A stretch of 63,525 bases of DNA, the filler included, from a bacterium (lineage in GTDB: Bacteria; JALSQH01): NCBI GenBank assembly GCA_026985515.1. It is 3 parts of 3 records of this genome, joined end to end, with 100 filler letters (N's around TTAATTAATTAA, not from the genome) between each part and the next. Parts side by side here need not be neighbours in the genome. Positions count along the whole stretch, not along the records: positions 30,303 to 60,186 come from JALSQH010000195.1; 2 more parts are not named here. The stretch is one strand, 5' to 3'. The notes under the pieces were generated by a model, which was not told the DNA's origin, did no database searches, and saw only the letters and a program-made list of their open reading frames with translations. A program made the translations under genes and the position numbers. Shown here in pieces: positions 32,759 to 41,517 of this stretch (positions are counted from its first letter, which is position 1; the number at the start of each line of letters is the position of its first letter).

Positions 32759-34330
32759 ATGAAAAGGGTTCTCTATGGAATAATTCTTCTTTTGTTTACT
32801 GCTTCACTTTCTGCAGAGACTGAAGTAGGAGGCAGTTTAAAAGTAGATCTGAGATCTCTTATAAAGGAACCATACTGCAACTTTTACAACAGGGAGGATA
32901 TACTTACTTTAAAAATCTCCTCCGATGTGAGTGATAATGTCTCCATCTATGCGAGTATTCAGGGCAGGTACTTTGACAGATCAAATCTTGTAACTTTTGA
33001 AGATCTTAAAAACAGGAACAGTGTTGACCCCTTTTCTGTTGACCTCTGGGAGAGTTACATCTCCATCAGTTCCTTCATCTTTGACAATATGGATGCAGTT
33101 ATCGGGAAGCAGATCGTTGAATGGGGAACTGCAGATATGCTGAATCCCACAAGCAACCTCAATCCACACGACCTTTCAGACCCCCTTGATTTCAGCAAGA
33201 GACTTCCCATTACGATGTTCAACTTCACCTACTATCCACCATGGAACCAGTTCAATGCCGTTCAATTTATCTGGATTCCGGCCCATAAACCGGCCCTCAT
33301 GCCACCAGGTGAAATGCCCATGATGAAGATGGATGTACCCACACCACCCGACCTTGAAGCCATGAACAATTTAAATATTGCAAACAATCCCATGGCTTCA
33401 AAAATGGAGATATCCTCATCCTTAAATCAGTATGTTCACCACAACCCATTCTATCCCAAGTACTCAGAAGGGGGGATAAGACTCTCCCTCAATTTTTTCC
33501 AGACAGATTTTCATCTGAGTTACTTTAACGGATATGGAGAATTCCCCCTTCCAGCAAAGGCAGAGATCAGAATAGCCAATGAAAGTGAAATAAATTCAAT
33601 TATTCAAAATGCCCTTAAAGATGTCGCACCAGGGGATAATCTTGGCACGATGCTTGCCCTTGCCACAATAGAGAAAATACCCGTTGATATTGAATCAAAT
33701 ATAACCCTTGTTTATCCTCACTATCATGTGGTTGGGGCAGATTTTAAGGCAGACATAAGCGGGGTTGGAGTATGGGGAGAAGCTGGCTATTTCATTCCCT
33801 ATGAACTTGATATAACCTACATCTACCCCGATTTCCAGTGGATGATGAACAATGAACTCAACTACATTGTTCAGAACAGGGAATTTGGTGTGAGATACAA
33901 ATCTGCTAAATATCCGGTTCTGGACAAACCTTTCCTGAAATACACTATTGGTGCCGAGTATATCTTCAAGGGAGGATACCATTTTGAAGCACAATTTGCT
34001 CACGGATTCTTTTTTGAGCAGGGTTCACAAAACCTTAATAATTATCTGATGCTGGAACTGGATAAGAGTTTCATGGAGGGGAAATTCAAACTGACTCTTT
34101 CTGGTGGCGGAAGCGTTGAGGGTGGAACCTTCGCATACTTTTTGAAAAATTTTAAACTCCCCGAGGATCTCTCAACCGGTGCCTTTGGGGGTCCCAGACT
34201 CGATTACTATCCCTATGACGGAATTACAGTTACCCTTGGTGCCATATTCCTGGGTGGAAGTGGGAACTCCTTCTTTGCCAAGATGAAAAAGATGGAGCAG
34301 ATATTCCTGCAGTTAGAATCAAGTTTCTAA
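32759..34330 (+). CDS. Putative outer-membrane beta-barrel protein (DUF1302-like)
   Basis: Signal peptide, GKQIVEWG..D..NP motif, amphipathic strands and C-terminal Phe. It follows the RND and LolA-like genes. Confidence 0.72.
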   Translation: MKRVLYGIILLLFTASLSAETEVGGSLKVDLRSLIKEPYCNFYNREDILTLKISSDVSDNVSIYASIQGRYFDRSNLVTFEDLKNRNSVDPFSVDLWESYISISSFIFDNMDAVIGKQIVEWGTADMLNPTSNLNPHDLSDPLDFSKRLPITMFNFTYYPPWNQFNAVQFIWIPAHKPALMPPGEMPMMKMDVPTPPDLEAMNNLNIANNPMASKMEISSSLNQYVHHNPFYPKYSEGGIRLSLNFFQTDFHLSYFNGYGEFPLPAKAEIRIANESEINSIIQNALKDVAPGDNLGTMLALATIEKIPVDIESNITLVYPHYHVVGADFKADISGVGVWGEAGYFIPYELDITYIYPDFQWMMNNELNYIVQNREFGVRYKSAKYPVLDKPFLKYTIGAEYIFKGGYHFEAQFAHGFFFEQGSQNLNNYLMLELDKSFMEGKFKLTLSGGGSVEGGTFAYFLKNFKLPEDLSTGAFGGPRLDYYPYDGITVTLGAIFLGGSGNSFFAKMKKMEQIFLQLESSF

Positions 34331-34363
34331 CAGGCACGGGCTTTCGCCTGTGCTTGTTATTTT
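34331..34363 (+). terminator. Rho-independent terminator
   Basis: 11-bp stem CAGGCACGGGC / GCCTGTGCTTG (two G-U pairs), TTTC loop, then TTATTTT immediately after the stop codon. Confidence 0.8.
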
Positions 34364-34598
34364 ACAAAAAATCATCCTTCTTCTACAGCTAATTAGAAAT
34401 ACCGCTTTTCCAAAAGCAAATGCAGAGGTCTTTCTTATCATTATCGTAGCAAAGGCAGCAAGGGAGGGCTCAAACCTGCACCAGTCCAATCTTTTTGTTT
34501 TCTGAAATTTCTCACTCTCGTCTGTCCTATAGCTTCCGTCACATACTTAAAAATTTCCCCCACCCCATTAAGCCGTCAATACCCGATCCTGAAATCCA

Positions 34599-34618
34599 CA
34601 GGAGGGAATCTCCTCCCG
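34599..34618 (-). terminator. Hairpin directly after the spt-like stop (weak terminator or stabiliser)
   Basis: CGGGAGG-AGATTC-CCTCCTG on the minus strand; the U-tract is poor. Confidence 0.4.
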
Positions 34619-35854
34619 TTAATCAAAGAGCAGCTTCTTCACCTCCCTCACACTCTCTATCAGATAATCAAGATCATCCTTTGTATGGGTAGCCATCACA
34701 CTTACCCTCAGCATACTCCTGTCAGGTGGAACAGCTGGAGGGAAAACTGGATTCACATATATTCCCCTCTTCAACAGTTCCTGCCAGAAGAAGAGTGTTT
34801 TTTCGGGATTACCTATGATTATGGGTATAATTGGAGAAACACTCAATCCCACATCGATCCCCATTTCCCTGAAACGGTCCCTAACATAGTCTCCATTTTC
34901 CCTCACCTTTTTAACTCTCCACTGCTCCTCTCTCATTATGCGCAAAGCAGTGAGCGCAGCAGCGGTATTTGCAGGGGTAAGGGATGCTGAGAAAATCATT
35001 GCCCTTCCATTATGTTTTATAAATTCAATCACATCTCTGTTTGAAGCTGTAAACCCACCCTGTGACGAAAGGGACTTGCTGAAAGTCCCTGTTATGATAT
35101 CCACATCGTCGGTCAAACCAAATTCAGCCACCACCCCCTCACCATGAGGTCCAAATACACCTATGGAATGCGCTTCATCCACCAGAACCCTGGCATTATA
35201 CTTCTTTGCAAGATCAACTATATCTGGAACAGGGGCAATATCACCCTCCATGCTGAACAACCCATCTACAAGTATCAATTTACCCTTATTTACGGGAAGC
35301 TCCTCCAGTACTCTCTTCAGATCATCCATATCATTGTGTTTAAATACAACCTTCTGCGCTCTACTCAACCTGACACCATCAATTATGGAAGCATGGTCTA
35401 GTTCGTCCAGAATAGCAATATCATTTTTTGAAAGAATCGATGAAATTGTTCCAACATTTGTCTGGTAGCCTGTAGCAAAGACGAGGGCACTTTCTTTTCC
35501 AATGAAATCAGCCAGTTCTCCTTCAAGTTCATGATGTATTTTCAAATTACCGTTCAGGAATCTTGAACCAGTAGCAGAAGGTCCAATTTCTTCAACTGCC
35601 TTCTGAATTGACTCAACCACCCTTTTATCCGATGCCAAGCCAGTATAATTGTTGGAACCAAACATCTTTATTTCCCTGCCCTCAAGAACGGCAACTTTTC
35701 CTTCAGCCCTTTCAAAGGGTTTGAAGTATGGATACCAGCCTATCTCCATGAACTGGTAAAGCGGACCCACATACTCTTTCACCTTATCAAATATATCCCC
35801 TCTACTAATCGAAGTGATCTCTTTCCTTTTTTCAAGATATTCTTCTAACTTCAT
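34619..35854 (-). CDS. PLP-dependent alpha-oxoamine synthase, most like bacterial serine palmitoyltransferase
   Basis: YPYF, MFGSNNYTGL, GSRFLNG, DHASIIDG, DEAHS, GTFSKSL, IFSAS, NPVFPPA and MATHT match Bacteroides/Sphingobacterium SPT as recalled. AGGAGG SD precedes ATG at 35854. Confidence 0.8.
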   Translation of the reverse strand: MKLEEYLEKRKEITSISRGDIFDKVKEYVGPLYQFMEIGWYPYFKPFERAEGKVAVLEGREIKMFGSNNYTGLASDKRVVESIQKAVEEIGPSATGSRFLNGNLKIHHELEGELADFIGKESALVFATGYQTNVGTISSILSKNDIAILDELDHASIIDGVRLSRAQKVVFKHNDMDDLKRVLEELPVNKGKLILVDGLFSMEGDIAPVPDIVDLAKKYNARVLVDEAHSIGVFGPHGEGVVAEFGLTDDVDIITGTFSKSLSSQGGFTASNRDVIEFIKHNGRAMIFSASLTPANTAAALTALRIMREEQWRVKKVRENGDYVRDRFREMGIDVGLSVSPIIPIIIGNPEKTLFFWQELLKRGIYVNPVFPPAVPPDRSMLRVSVMATHTKDDLDYLIESVREVKKLLFD

Positions 35855-35892
35855 GATTACCTCCTTTCTGACCATTTCATTATTTCAGTCGA

Positions 35893-35921
35893 ATTATAAC
35901 ACACTCCATCTCTTTTGTCAA
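35893..35921 (-). promoter_or_regulatory. Perfect-consensus sigma70 promoter of the spt-like gene
   Basis: Minus strand: TTGACA (35921-35916), 17-bp spacer, extended -10 TGtTATAAT (35898-35893). Confidence 0.85.
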
Positions 35922-35942
35922 ACTTTTTCATATGAATTTTAA

Positions 35943-35983
35943 GAAAAAAAGTTAATTTATTCAGAATAAATTTTCTTTTTTTC
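35943..35983. repeat. 41-bp imperfect inverted repeat between divergent promoters
   Basis: GAAAAAAAG-TT-AATTTATTC-A-GAATAAATT-TT-CTTTTTTTC; 18 of 20 arm positions pair. Confidence 0.85.
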
Positions 35984-36008
35984 GAAATCACTGATAATCT
36001 TTTAAATT

Positions 36009-36037
36009 TTGTCCTCAACTCTCTTCCCCGGTATAAT
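36009..36037 (+). promoter_or_regulatory. Sigma70-type promoter of rlmN (likely leaderless)
   Basis: TTGTCC, 17-bp spacer, TATAAT (36032-36037). The ATG follows after only 6 nt and has no SD. Confidence 0.65.
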
Positions 36038-36043
36038 AAAAAT

Positions 36044-37087
36044 ATGGTCAACCTGAAAAACATGACGCTAAGAGAACTCAGAAATTTTTTAAAGGAAAAT
36101 GGTTTCCCTCCCTTCAGAGCCAATCAAATATACAGGTGGATATATCAGAAACTGGAAAATGATCCTGAGAAATTTACAGATCTGCCCCTTTCATTGAGGA
36201 AAGAAGTAAAAAACAGATTCATAATTCCATCACTAAAACCACTTTATATTCAGAGGTCAAAACTTGATGGAACCGTGAAATATCTTCTTCAGCTTCCAGA
36301 CAGAGAAATCATAGAATCAGTCATAATTCCTGACAGGGAACGGAGAACCCTCTGTGTCTCCTCACAGGCGGGTTGCAGAATGGGATGCAAGTTCTGCTAT
36401 ACGGGGAAGGGAGGATGGAGGAGGAATCTGGAACCATGGGAAATTGTGGAACAGGTGGTTGTGGCAGTAAAATTTTTAAAACGGGAAAATTTGCGACTGA
36501 CCAACATAGTTTTCATGGGGATGGGAGAACCTCTGGACAACTATGAAAATGTGGTTAAAGCCATAAAAATAATAACTGAGGAAGAAGGATTATCAATTTC
36601 ACCGCGGAGAATTTCCGTTTCAACGGTGGGAATAGTTCCGCTCATAAAAAAATTGATTGAAGAAACAGGAGTAAATCTTTCCGTCTCCCTCAATGCAGCT
36701 GACAACGATACGAGAAGTTTAATAATGCCAGTCAATAAAAAATATCCAATAGAATCACTGTTGCAAACCCTGAAAGAGGTGGAAATTCCCCGCAGAAAGA
36801 GAATTGTGATTGAGTATGTACTTCTGAAAAATGTCAATGATAGGGAAAAAGATATTGAAAATCTAAAAAAGCTTCTCAGGGATATTCCAGTCAAAATCAA
36901 CCTCATTCCCTTCAATCCATTTCCGGGAGCAGAATTTGAAAGACCGGATGACAGAGCTGTTCTTGAATTTCAAAGGAAACTTATAGATTCAGGATTCTCC
37001 GTTTTCATCAGAGTCAGTAAAGGGGGAGACATTCTTGCTGCCTGTGGTCAGCTCAGGGGAGCCGTTCTCAATGAATTTCCCGACTGA
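36044..37087 (+). CDS. rlmN: Dual-specificity RNA methyltransferase RlmN
   Basis: CVSSQAGCRMGCKFC, FMGMGEP, NLIPFN and AACGQL motifs. Confidence 0.97.
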   Translation: MVNLKNMTLRELRNFLKENGFPPFRANQIYRWIYQKLENDPEKFTDLPLSLRKEVKNRFIIPSLKPLYIQRSKLDGTVKYLLQLPDREIIESVIIPDRERRTLCVSSQAGCRMGCKFCYTGKGGWRRNLEPWEIVEQVVVAVKFLKRENLRLTNIVFMGMGEPLDNYENVVKAIKIITEEEGLSISPRRISVSTVGIVPLIKKLIEETGVNLSVSLNAADNDTRSLIMPVNKKYPIESLLQTLKEVEIPRRKRIVIEYVLLKNVNDREKDIENLKKLLRDIPVKINLIPFNPFPGAEFERPDDRAVLEFQRKLIDSGFSVFIRVSKGGDILAACGQLRGAVLNEFPD

Positions 37088-37591
37088 CAGAATATCCTTT
37101 TTAAACCTGGATGAAGGCATGGAAAAAAACAGAAGTCCTATAGAAACCACAGTAAAGGAGGTAAAATTTCCAGGATCATATCCAGTGATAAGGGTTAATC
37201 CCCCGATAACTGCGGGAATTGTAGAAGCAATTAGCTGAACAAGTCTGAGGAAAAACACCACGGTGTAGGTTCTTATAAGCGGGAAGAGTTTTGGATTTCC
37301 CCTGTATGAGGGAGGCGGTGGCTTATCCACTGCCTTTGAAAGAAAGCGGCTGAGGCTGGAATTGGAAAGTAGAAAATACTGGATAAAAAGAACAAGAGCA
37401 ACAAAACTCAGCTGAAAGGCAATTACCAGCCACTCAGGTACTGAGATTCTGTAAATGGGGAAAATCCCCCTGTAAAAAAGGAAAAGAAAGAAAAAATACT
37501 GGATTATCACCAGGGCAATAAGCATGTAGAAGAAGAGCCTTGCCCTTCGGAAAAGATAGTTGATATAATCCTCAAAAAAGGAATCCCCCAT
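36989..37591 (-). CDS. Hypothetical membrane protein
   Basis: 200-aa ORF with about 4 TM segments filling the gap between rlmN and mtnP. Its 3' end overlaps rlmN. Confidence 0.65.
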   Translation of the reverse strand: MGDSFFEDYINYLFRRARLFFYMLIALVIIQYFFFLFLFYRGIFPIYRISVPEWLVIAFQLSFVALVLFIQYFLLSNSSLSRFLSKAVDKPPPPSYRGNPKLFPLIRTYTVVFFLRLVQLIASTIPAVIGGLTLITGYDPGNFTSFTVVSIGLLFFSMPSSRFKKDILSVGKFIENGSPELTTGSKNVSPFTDSDENGES

Positions 37592-37620
37592 TTGCCTGAA
37601 TTTCCCGATTCCCCTATAAT
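37592..37620 (+). promoter_or_regulatory. Sigma70-type promoter of the mtnP run
   Basis: TTGCCT, 17-bp spacer, TATAAT (37615-37620); GGAGG SD before ATG at 37668. Confidence 0.6.
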
Positions 37621-37667
37621 TTCTATAAGTATATTGGCAAAAAGGAAAATCTTCAAGAGGAGGTAAA

Positions 37668-38531
37668 ATGGTTAAAATTGGAGTAATCGGAGGGAGTGGA
37701 ATTTACAGAATAGAAAATCTCAAGATTCTGGAAGAAAGAGAAATAACCACACCCTTTGGTGCCCCATCTGACAGGGTGGTAATTGGTGAACTGAAGGGAG
37801 TAAAAATTGCTTTTATTCCCAGACATGGGAGGGGACACTACCTTCTCCCATCGGAAGTTAACTACCGTGCAAATATATACGCCTTGAAGATTCTGGGAGT
37901 GGAAAGAATAATAAGCATCTCCTCTGTTGGCAGCATGAAAGAGGAAATTCATCCTGGTGACATAGTTCTCCCTGACCAGTTCATAGATATGACCAGAAAG
38001 AGAGAAAGTACCTTCTTTGGAAATGGTATTGTGGCTCACGTACAATTCTCAAAACCCACATGTCCTGTGTTGAGAAAAGTTCTCTATGACACTGCAAAGG
38101 AGCTTGGATACAGGGTGCACGATGGTGGAGTATATGTTAACATTGAGGGACCTCAATTTTCCAGCTTTGGAGAATCCATTCTCTACAGAAGCTGGGGCGT
38201 GGATGTAATTGGAATGACAAATGCAACAGAGGCAAAGCTTGCCAGAGAAGCTGAAATATGCTATGCTACAATGAATCTGGTTACCGACTATGACTGCTGG
38301 AAAAGTGACGAAGAGGAAGTTTCTGTGGAGCTTGTTATCCAGAGATTCAATGAAAACATTAAGATGGCACAGAAAATTCTGGAAAATGTTATTGACAGAA
38401 TCCCGGAAAGAAAAGATTGCCTCTGCGCGAATGCTCTTGAAGGTGCAATAATAACATCCAAAGAAAAAATTCCTCAGGAAACCTATGAAAAACTGAAACC
38501 AATTATTGGAAAGTACATAAAATGGGAATAG
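37668..38531 (+). CDS. mtnP: S-methyl-5'-thioadenosine phosphorylase
   Basis: [34 protein letters not shown] and VTDYDCW motifs. Confidence 0.95.
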   Translation: MVKIGVIGGSGIYRIENLKILEEREITTPFGAPSDRVVIGELKGVKIAFIPRHGRGHYLLPSEVNYRANIYALKILGVERIISISSVGSMKEEIHPGDIVLPDQFIDMTRKRESTFFGNGIVAHVQFSKPTCPVLRKVLYDTAKELGYRVHDGGVYVNIEGPQFSSFGESILYRSWGVDVIGMTNATEAKLAREAEICYATMNLVTDYDCWKSDEEEVSVELVIQRFNENIKMAQKILENVIDRIPERKDCLCANALEGAIITSKEKIPQETYEKLKPIIGKYIKWE

Positions 38532-39424
38532 TAGTCGTTGGTACAGTTGCATATGATTCTATTGAAACACCCTTTGGAAAAGTGGAGGAAACTCTGGGGG
38601 GATCTGCCCTGTATTTCACAGTAGCTGCAAGTTTTTTCACAAGGGTGGGAATTGTTGCAGTCATAGGAGAGGACTTTGATCTTGGAAAAATATCTTTTTT
38701 GAAAGACAGAAATGTAAGTTTTGACGGATTATATGTGGAAAAAGGTAAGACATTCAGATGGAAGGGTTACTACAGTTACAATCTAAATGAAGCCCATACA
38801 CTCGATACTCAGCTGAATGTCCTGGAAAATTTTGACCCAATTCTCCCCGAGGAATTCACCCGGAAGGATCTGCTATTCCTGGCAAATATTGACCCTGAAC
38901 TCCAGCTGAAGGTCCTTGATCAGATGAAAAATGTGAAATTCTCCGCAGCTGACACCATGAACTTCTGGATAGATTCCAAAAAAGAAAAGGTAATGGAAGT
39001 ATTCTCAAGGGTTAATGCTGTTACAATTAATGAGGGTGAGATCAGAGAGTTAACAGAGGAGTACAACCTGGTAAAAGCTGCCCGTAAAATTTTAGATATT
39101 GGACCAGAGCATGTTATAATTAAGAGAGGAGAATATGGTGTCCTTGTCTTTGAAAAAAGTGGGGAAGTTTTTTTCGTCCCTGCATATCCTCTCGAAAAGG
39201 TTTTTGACCCCACAGGGGCAGGTGATACCTTTGCAGGAGGATTTATGGGGTTTCTTGATTCACAGGGAGAAATAAAAAGAAATCTGAGAAAAGCAGTTAT
39301 TTATGGAAGTGTGCTTGCCAGTTACAATGTGGAAAAATTCAGTTTTCTCAAGTTACTTGAGATTTCAAGGCAGGATATTGATGAGAGATACAGAGAATTC
39401 CTCAACTTTTGCAGAGTAGAATAA
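38522..39424 (+). CDS. PfkB family carbohydrate/nucleoside kinase
   Basis: [12 protein letters not shown] and [12 protein letters not shown] motifs. Confidence 0.92.
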   Translation: MGIVVVGTVAYDSIETPFGKVEETLGGSALYFTVAASFFTRVGIVAVIGEDFDLGKISFLKDRNVSFDGLYVEKGKTFRWKGYYSYNLNEAHTLDTQLNVLENFDPILPEEFTRKDLLFLANIDPELQLKVLDQMKNVKFSAADTMNFWIDSKKEKVMEVFSRVNAVTINEGEIRELTEEYNLVKAARKILDIGPEHVIIKRGEYGVLVFEKSGEVFFVPAYPLEKVFDPTGAGDTFAGGFMGFLDSQGEIKRNLRKAVIYGSVLASYNVEKFSFLKLLEISRQDIDERYREFLNFCRVE

Positions 39425-40026
39425 TGTATTCCATAGCTCCTGACATTAAATATATCAGTGCCACACCAGATGAGATCCTCGAACTCTACCGGTCCACCAA
39501 TGAATCCCTTGTCCAGATTCCAGGATTCCAGGGAGAAAACAGCGAAGCATTTTTAATTACTCTGAATCTTGGTGGAAAAATCGAGGCTTATCTCTATTTC
39601 TTCCTCAAAGAATCTCTAACAGGGGTGGTGTACAGGTACACTGATCAGATAACCCGCACCAACTACATCGAGGTGAGAGATCAGGGACTCTACTTCCTGG
39701 AAAGTATGGGATTTATTATGGAAAACACAGATTTCAGAAAACTTCCCTCTGCAGAGAAGGTGAACCTTATGAACTCTCTTCCACCTTTTCATGCTGATCT
39801 ATCAAAGTTTCAGAAAAAAAGCGAGAAGGAAGAAGAAGAAAATGAAGAAGGAGAAGTTGTAGAGGTTGAGGTTCTGGAAGATGAACTTGAAACAATCCAC
39901 GAGGTAACGGATGAACAACCTCAAATAGTCAGACCACCTCAAACGCTGACACCTGAAAACATAGAACTTGCAATGAAGAAAAACAGAGTTATAAGAGTTT
40001 TTCTGCTATTTCTTGCGGGGTTTTGA
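39424..40026 (+). CDS. Conserved hypothetical protein upstream of tgl (myxobacteria-like family)
   Basis: FLESMGFIM core, acidic linker and an LFLAGF end recall the ORF that precedes tgl in myxobacteria (from memory). TAATG coupling to pfkB. Confidence 0.65.
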   Translation: MYSIAPDIKYISATPDEILELYRSTNESLVQIPGFQGENSEAFLITLNLGGKIEAYLYFFLKESLTGVVYRYTDQITRTNYIEVRDQGLYFLESMGFIMENTDFRKLPSAEKVNLMNSLPPFHADLSKFQKKSEKEEEENEEGEVVEVEVLEDELETIHEVTDEQPQIVRPPQTLTPENIELAMKKNRVIRVFLLFLAGF

Positions 40027-40028
40027 AA

Positions 40029-40793
40029 ATGAGAAGAAAAATTTTCCTTATTTCCAGTCTTACAATTTTTCTCTCACTTTCCTGTGCCACCTATAATGTG
40101 AAAAAAAACAAAAAAATGTACCGTGCATATCTGAGAATGGGGGTTTCATTTCTTGCCACTGGCAACTACAGGGCTGCTCTCACCAACTTCCTGCAAGCCA
40201 AAAAGATAAGGGATGATGATCCAGTTCTCTACAATTCACTTGGCCTTGCATATCTGGGACTGGGGGATCTGAAAGATGCGGAAAGATCCTTCAAAAAGGC
40301 TATAGAGCTGAAGCCTGATTACTCAGAAGCACATAACAATCTTGGAGTAACTTACTCACAGGAGGGCTACTACCATCTTGCAATAAAGGAGTTCAACAAG
40401 GCGCTGAGCAACCTGCTTTATGCCACACCTGAGCAGGCTCTGGTGAATATGGGATGGGCTTACTACAAACTGGGCGAATACATTAAAGCTGAAAATTACA
40501 CCAAACAGGCACTTTTAAGAAATCCGCGAATGTGCATGGCAAGGAAAAATCTCGGGCTGATTTACTGGGCTGAGCAGAGGTTAATGGATGCCGAAACTCA
40601 ATTGAAAAAAGCAATTTTTTACTGCCCCAGATTTGCAGAAGCTTACTTCAACCTCGGACTTCTCTACATTAAACTCAACAGGAAAGAGGAAGCATATAAA
40701 CAATTCAAAAAAGTAACAGAGGTTGCTCCTGACACTCCAATTGCAGAAGAGGCAGAGAAGTACCTGAAACTTCTTGGAGGGAAAAGTGGTTGA
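40029..40793 (+). CDS. TPR lipoprotein, Tgl/PilF/PilW pilotin-like
   Basis: Lipobox LSC-A, multiple TPRs (YSEAHNNLG), LLYATPE motif and paired Cys. The rlmN...pilF-rodZ synteny fits. Confidence 0.85.
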   Translation: MRRKIFLISSLTIFLSLSCATYNVKKNKKMYRAYLRMGVSFLATGNYRAALTNFLQAKKIRDDDPVLYNSLGLAYLGLGDLKDAERSFKKAIELKPDYSEAHNNLGVTYSQEGYYHLAIKEFNKALSNLLYATPEQALVNMGWAYYKLGEYIKAENYTKQALLRNPRMCMARKNLGLIYWAEQRLMDAETQLKKAIFYCPRFAEAYFNLGLLYIKLNRKEEAYKQFKKVTEVAPDTPIAEEAEKYLKLLGGKSG

Positions 40794-41517
40794 TGTTGGT
40801 GGTTATCTAAAAAAAGAAAGGGAAGCAAGGGGAATCTCTTTAGAGGAAATCTCAGAAGTTACAAAAATAAGCATGGAATTTTTGAGGGCAATAGAAAACA
40901 ATGAATTCAACAAGTTGCCGGCAGAAGTTTTTGTGATTGGATTCATAAAGAGTTACGCAAAGTTTATAGGGCTTGATGAAAATGAAGTGGTTAACATGTA
41001 TAAACAGTATGTTCAGGAAAAAGAGGCAGAAGATGAAAAAGAGATAAGGGAAACTATAAAAAAGAGGAGATTCCCAGTTCTCCTTACAGGTGCAATTGTA
41101 ATCATACTCGCAGTCGTCCTTTTTTTACTGCTGTATAAAAAGAATCAGCCGGAAAAAATGAGAATAAATATTGCCCATACAAAATCTTTCCCCGCAGCTA
41201 CCACCTATCCTGCACCAGCCACAAATACTCCAAAGAAAAGAATCATTCTTGAAATTGTGGGGATAGCAAGGGGGGTGAAACCTGTATATGTTCAGTACTG
41301 CACCGATACAACCTGCAGAAAAACAAGGAGTTTCTGGGAGGAAAAATACCTGCATAAAGGTGAAAAAATAACCATCACAGCCAGAGAACTCATCGGTGTG
41401 ATGGTTGATAATGCGGGGGGTATAAAAATCTACAGGAACGGGAAGGATCTTGGCTCACCTGGTGAATATGGCAGCACGGTGGTAAAATTTTTCAGACCGG
41501 GGGAAAATGAACCTTGA
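40786..41517 (+). CDS. rodZ: RodZ-like helix-turn-helix membrane protein
   Basis: LKKEREARGISLEEIS..TKI, GFIKSYAKFIGLD, a TM, and a C-terminal DUF4115-like DNAGG..NGK segment. Confidence 0.82.
   Translation: MVDVGGYLKKEREARGISLEEISEVTKISMEFLRAIENNEFNKLPAEVFVIGFIKSYAKFIGLDENEVVNMYKQYVQEKEAEDEKEIRETIKKRRFPVLLTGAIVIILAVVLFLLLYKKNQPEKMRINIAHTKSFPAATTYPAPATNTPKKRIILEIVGIARGVKPVYVQYCTDTTCRKTRSFWEEKYLHKGEKITITARELIGVMVDNAGGIKIYRNGKDLGSPGEYGSTVVKFFRPGENEP

Noticed and set aside
34441-34563. 40-codon GTG-start minus-strand ORF downstream of the spt-like gene (acyl carrier or small subunit?)
   Set aside because: No SD, no ACP DSL motif and no TM; unsupported.
34619-35854. Assignment as bioF or kbl
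   Set aside because: The motif set (YPYF, FGSN.Y.GL, GSRFLNG, GTFSKS, MATHT) fits SPT better, and no bio or tdh genes are adjacent. It is not fully excluded, so no symbol is given.
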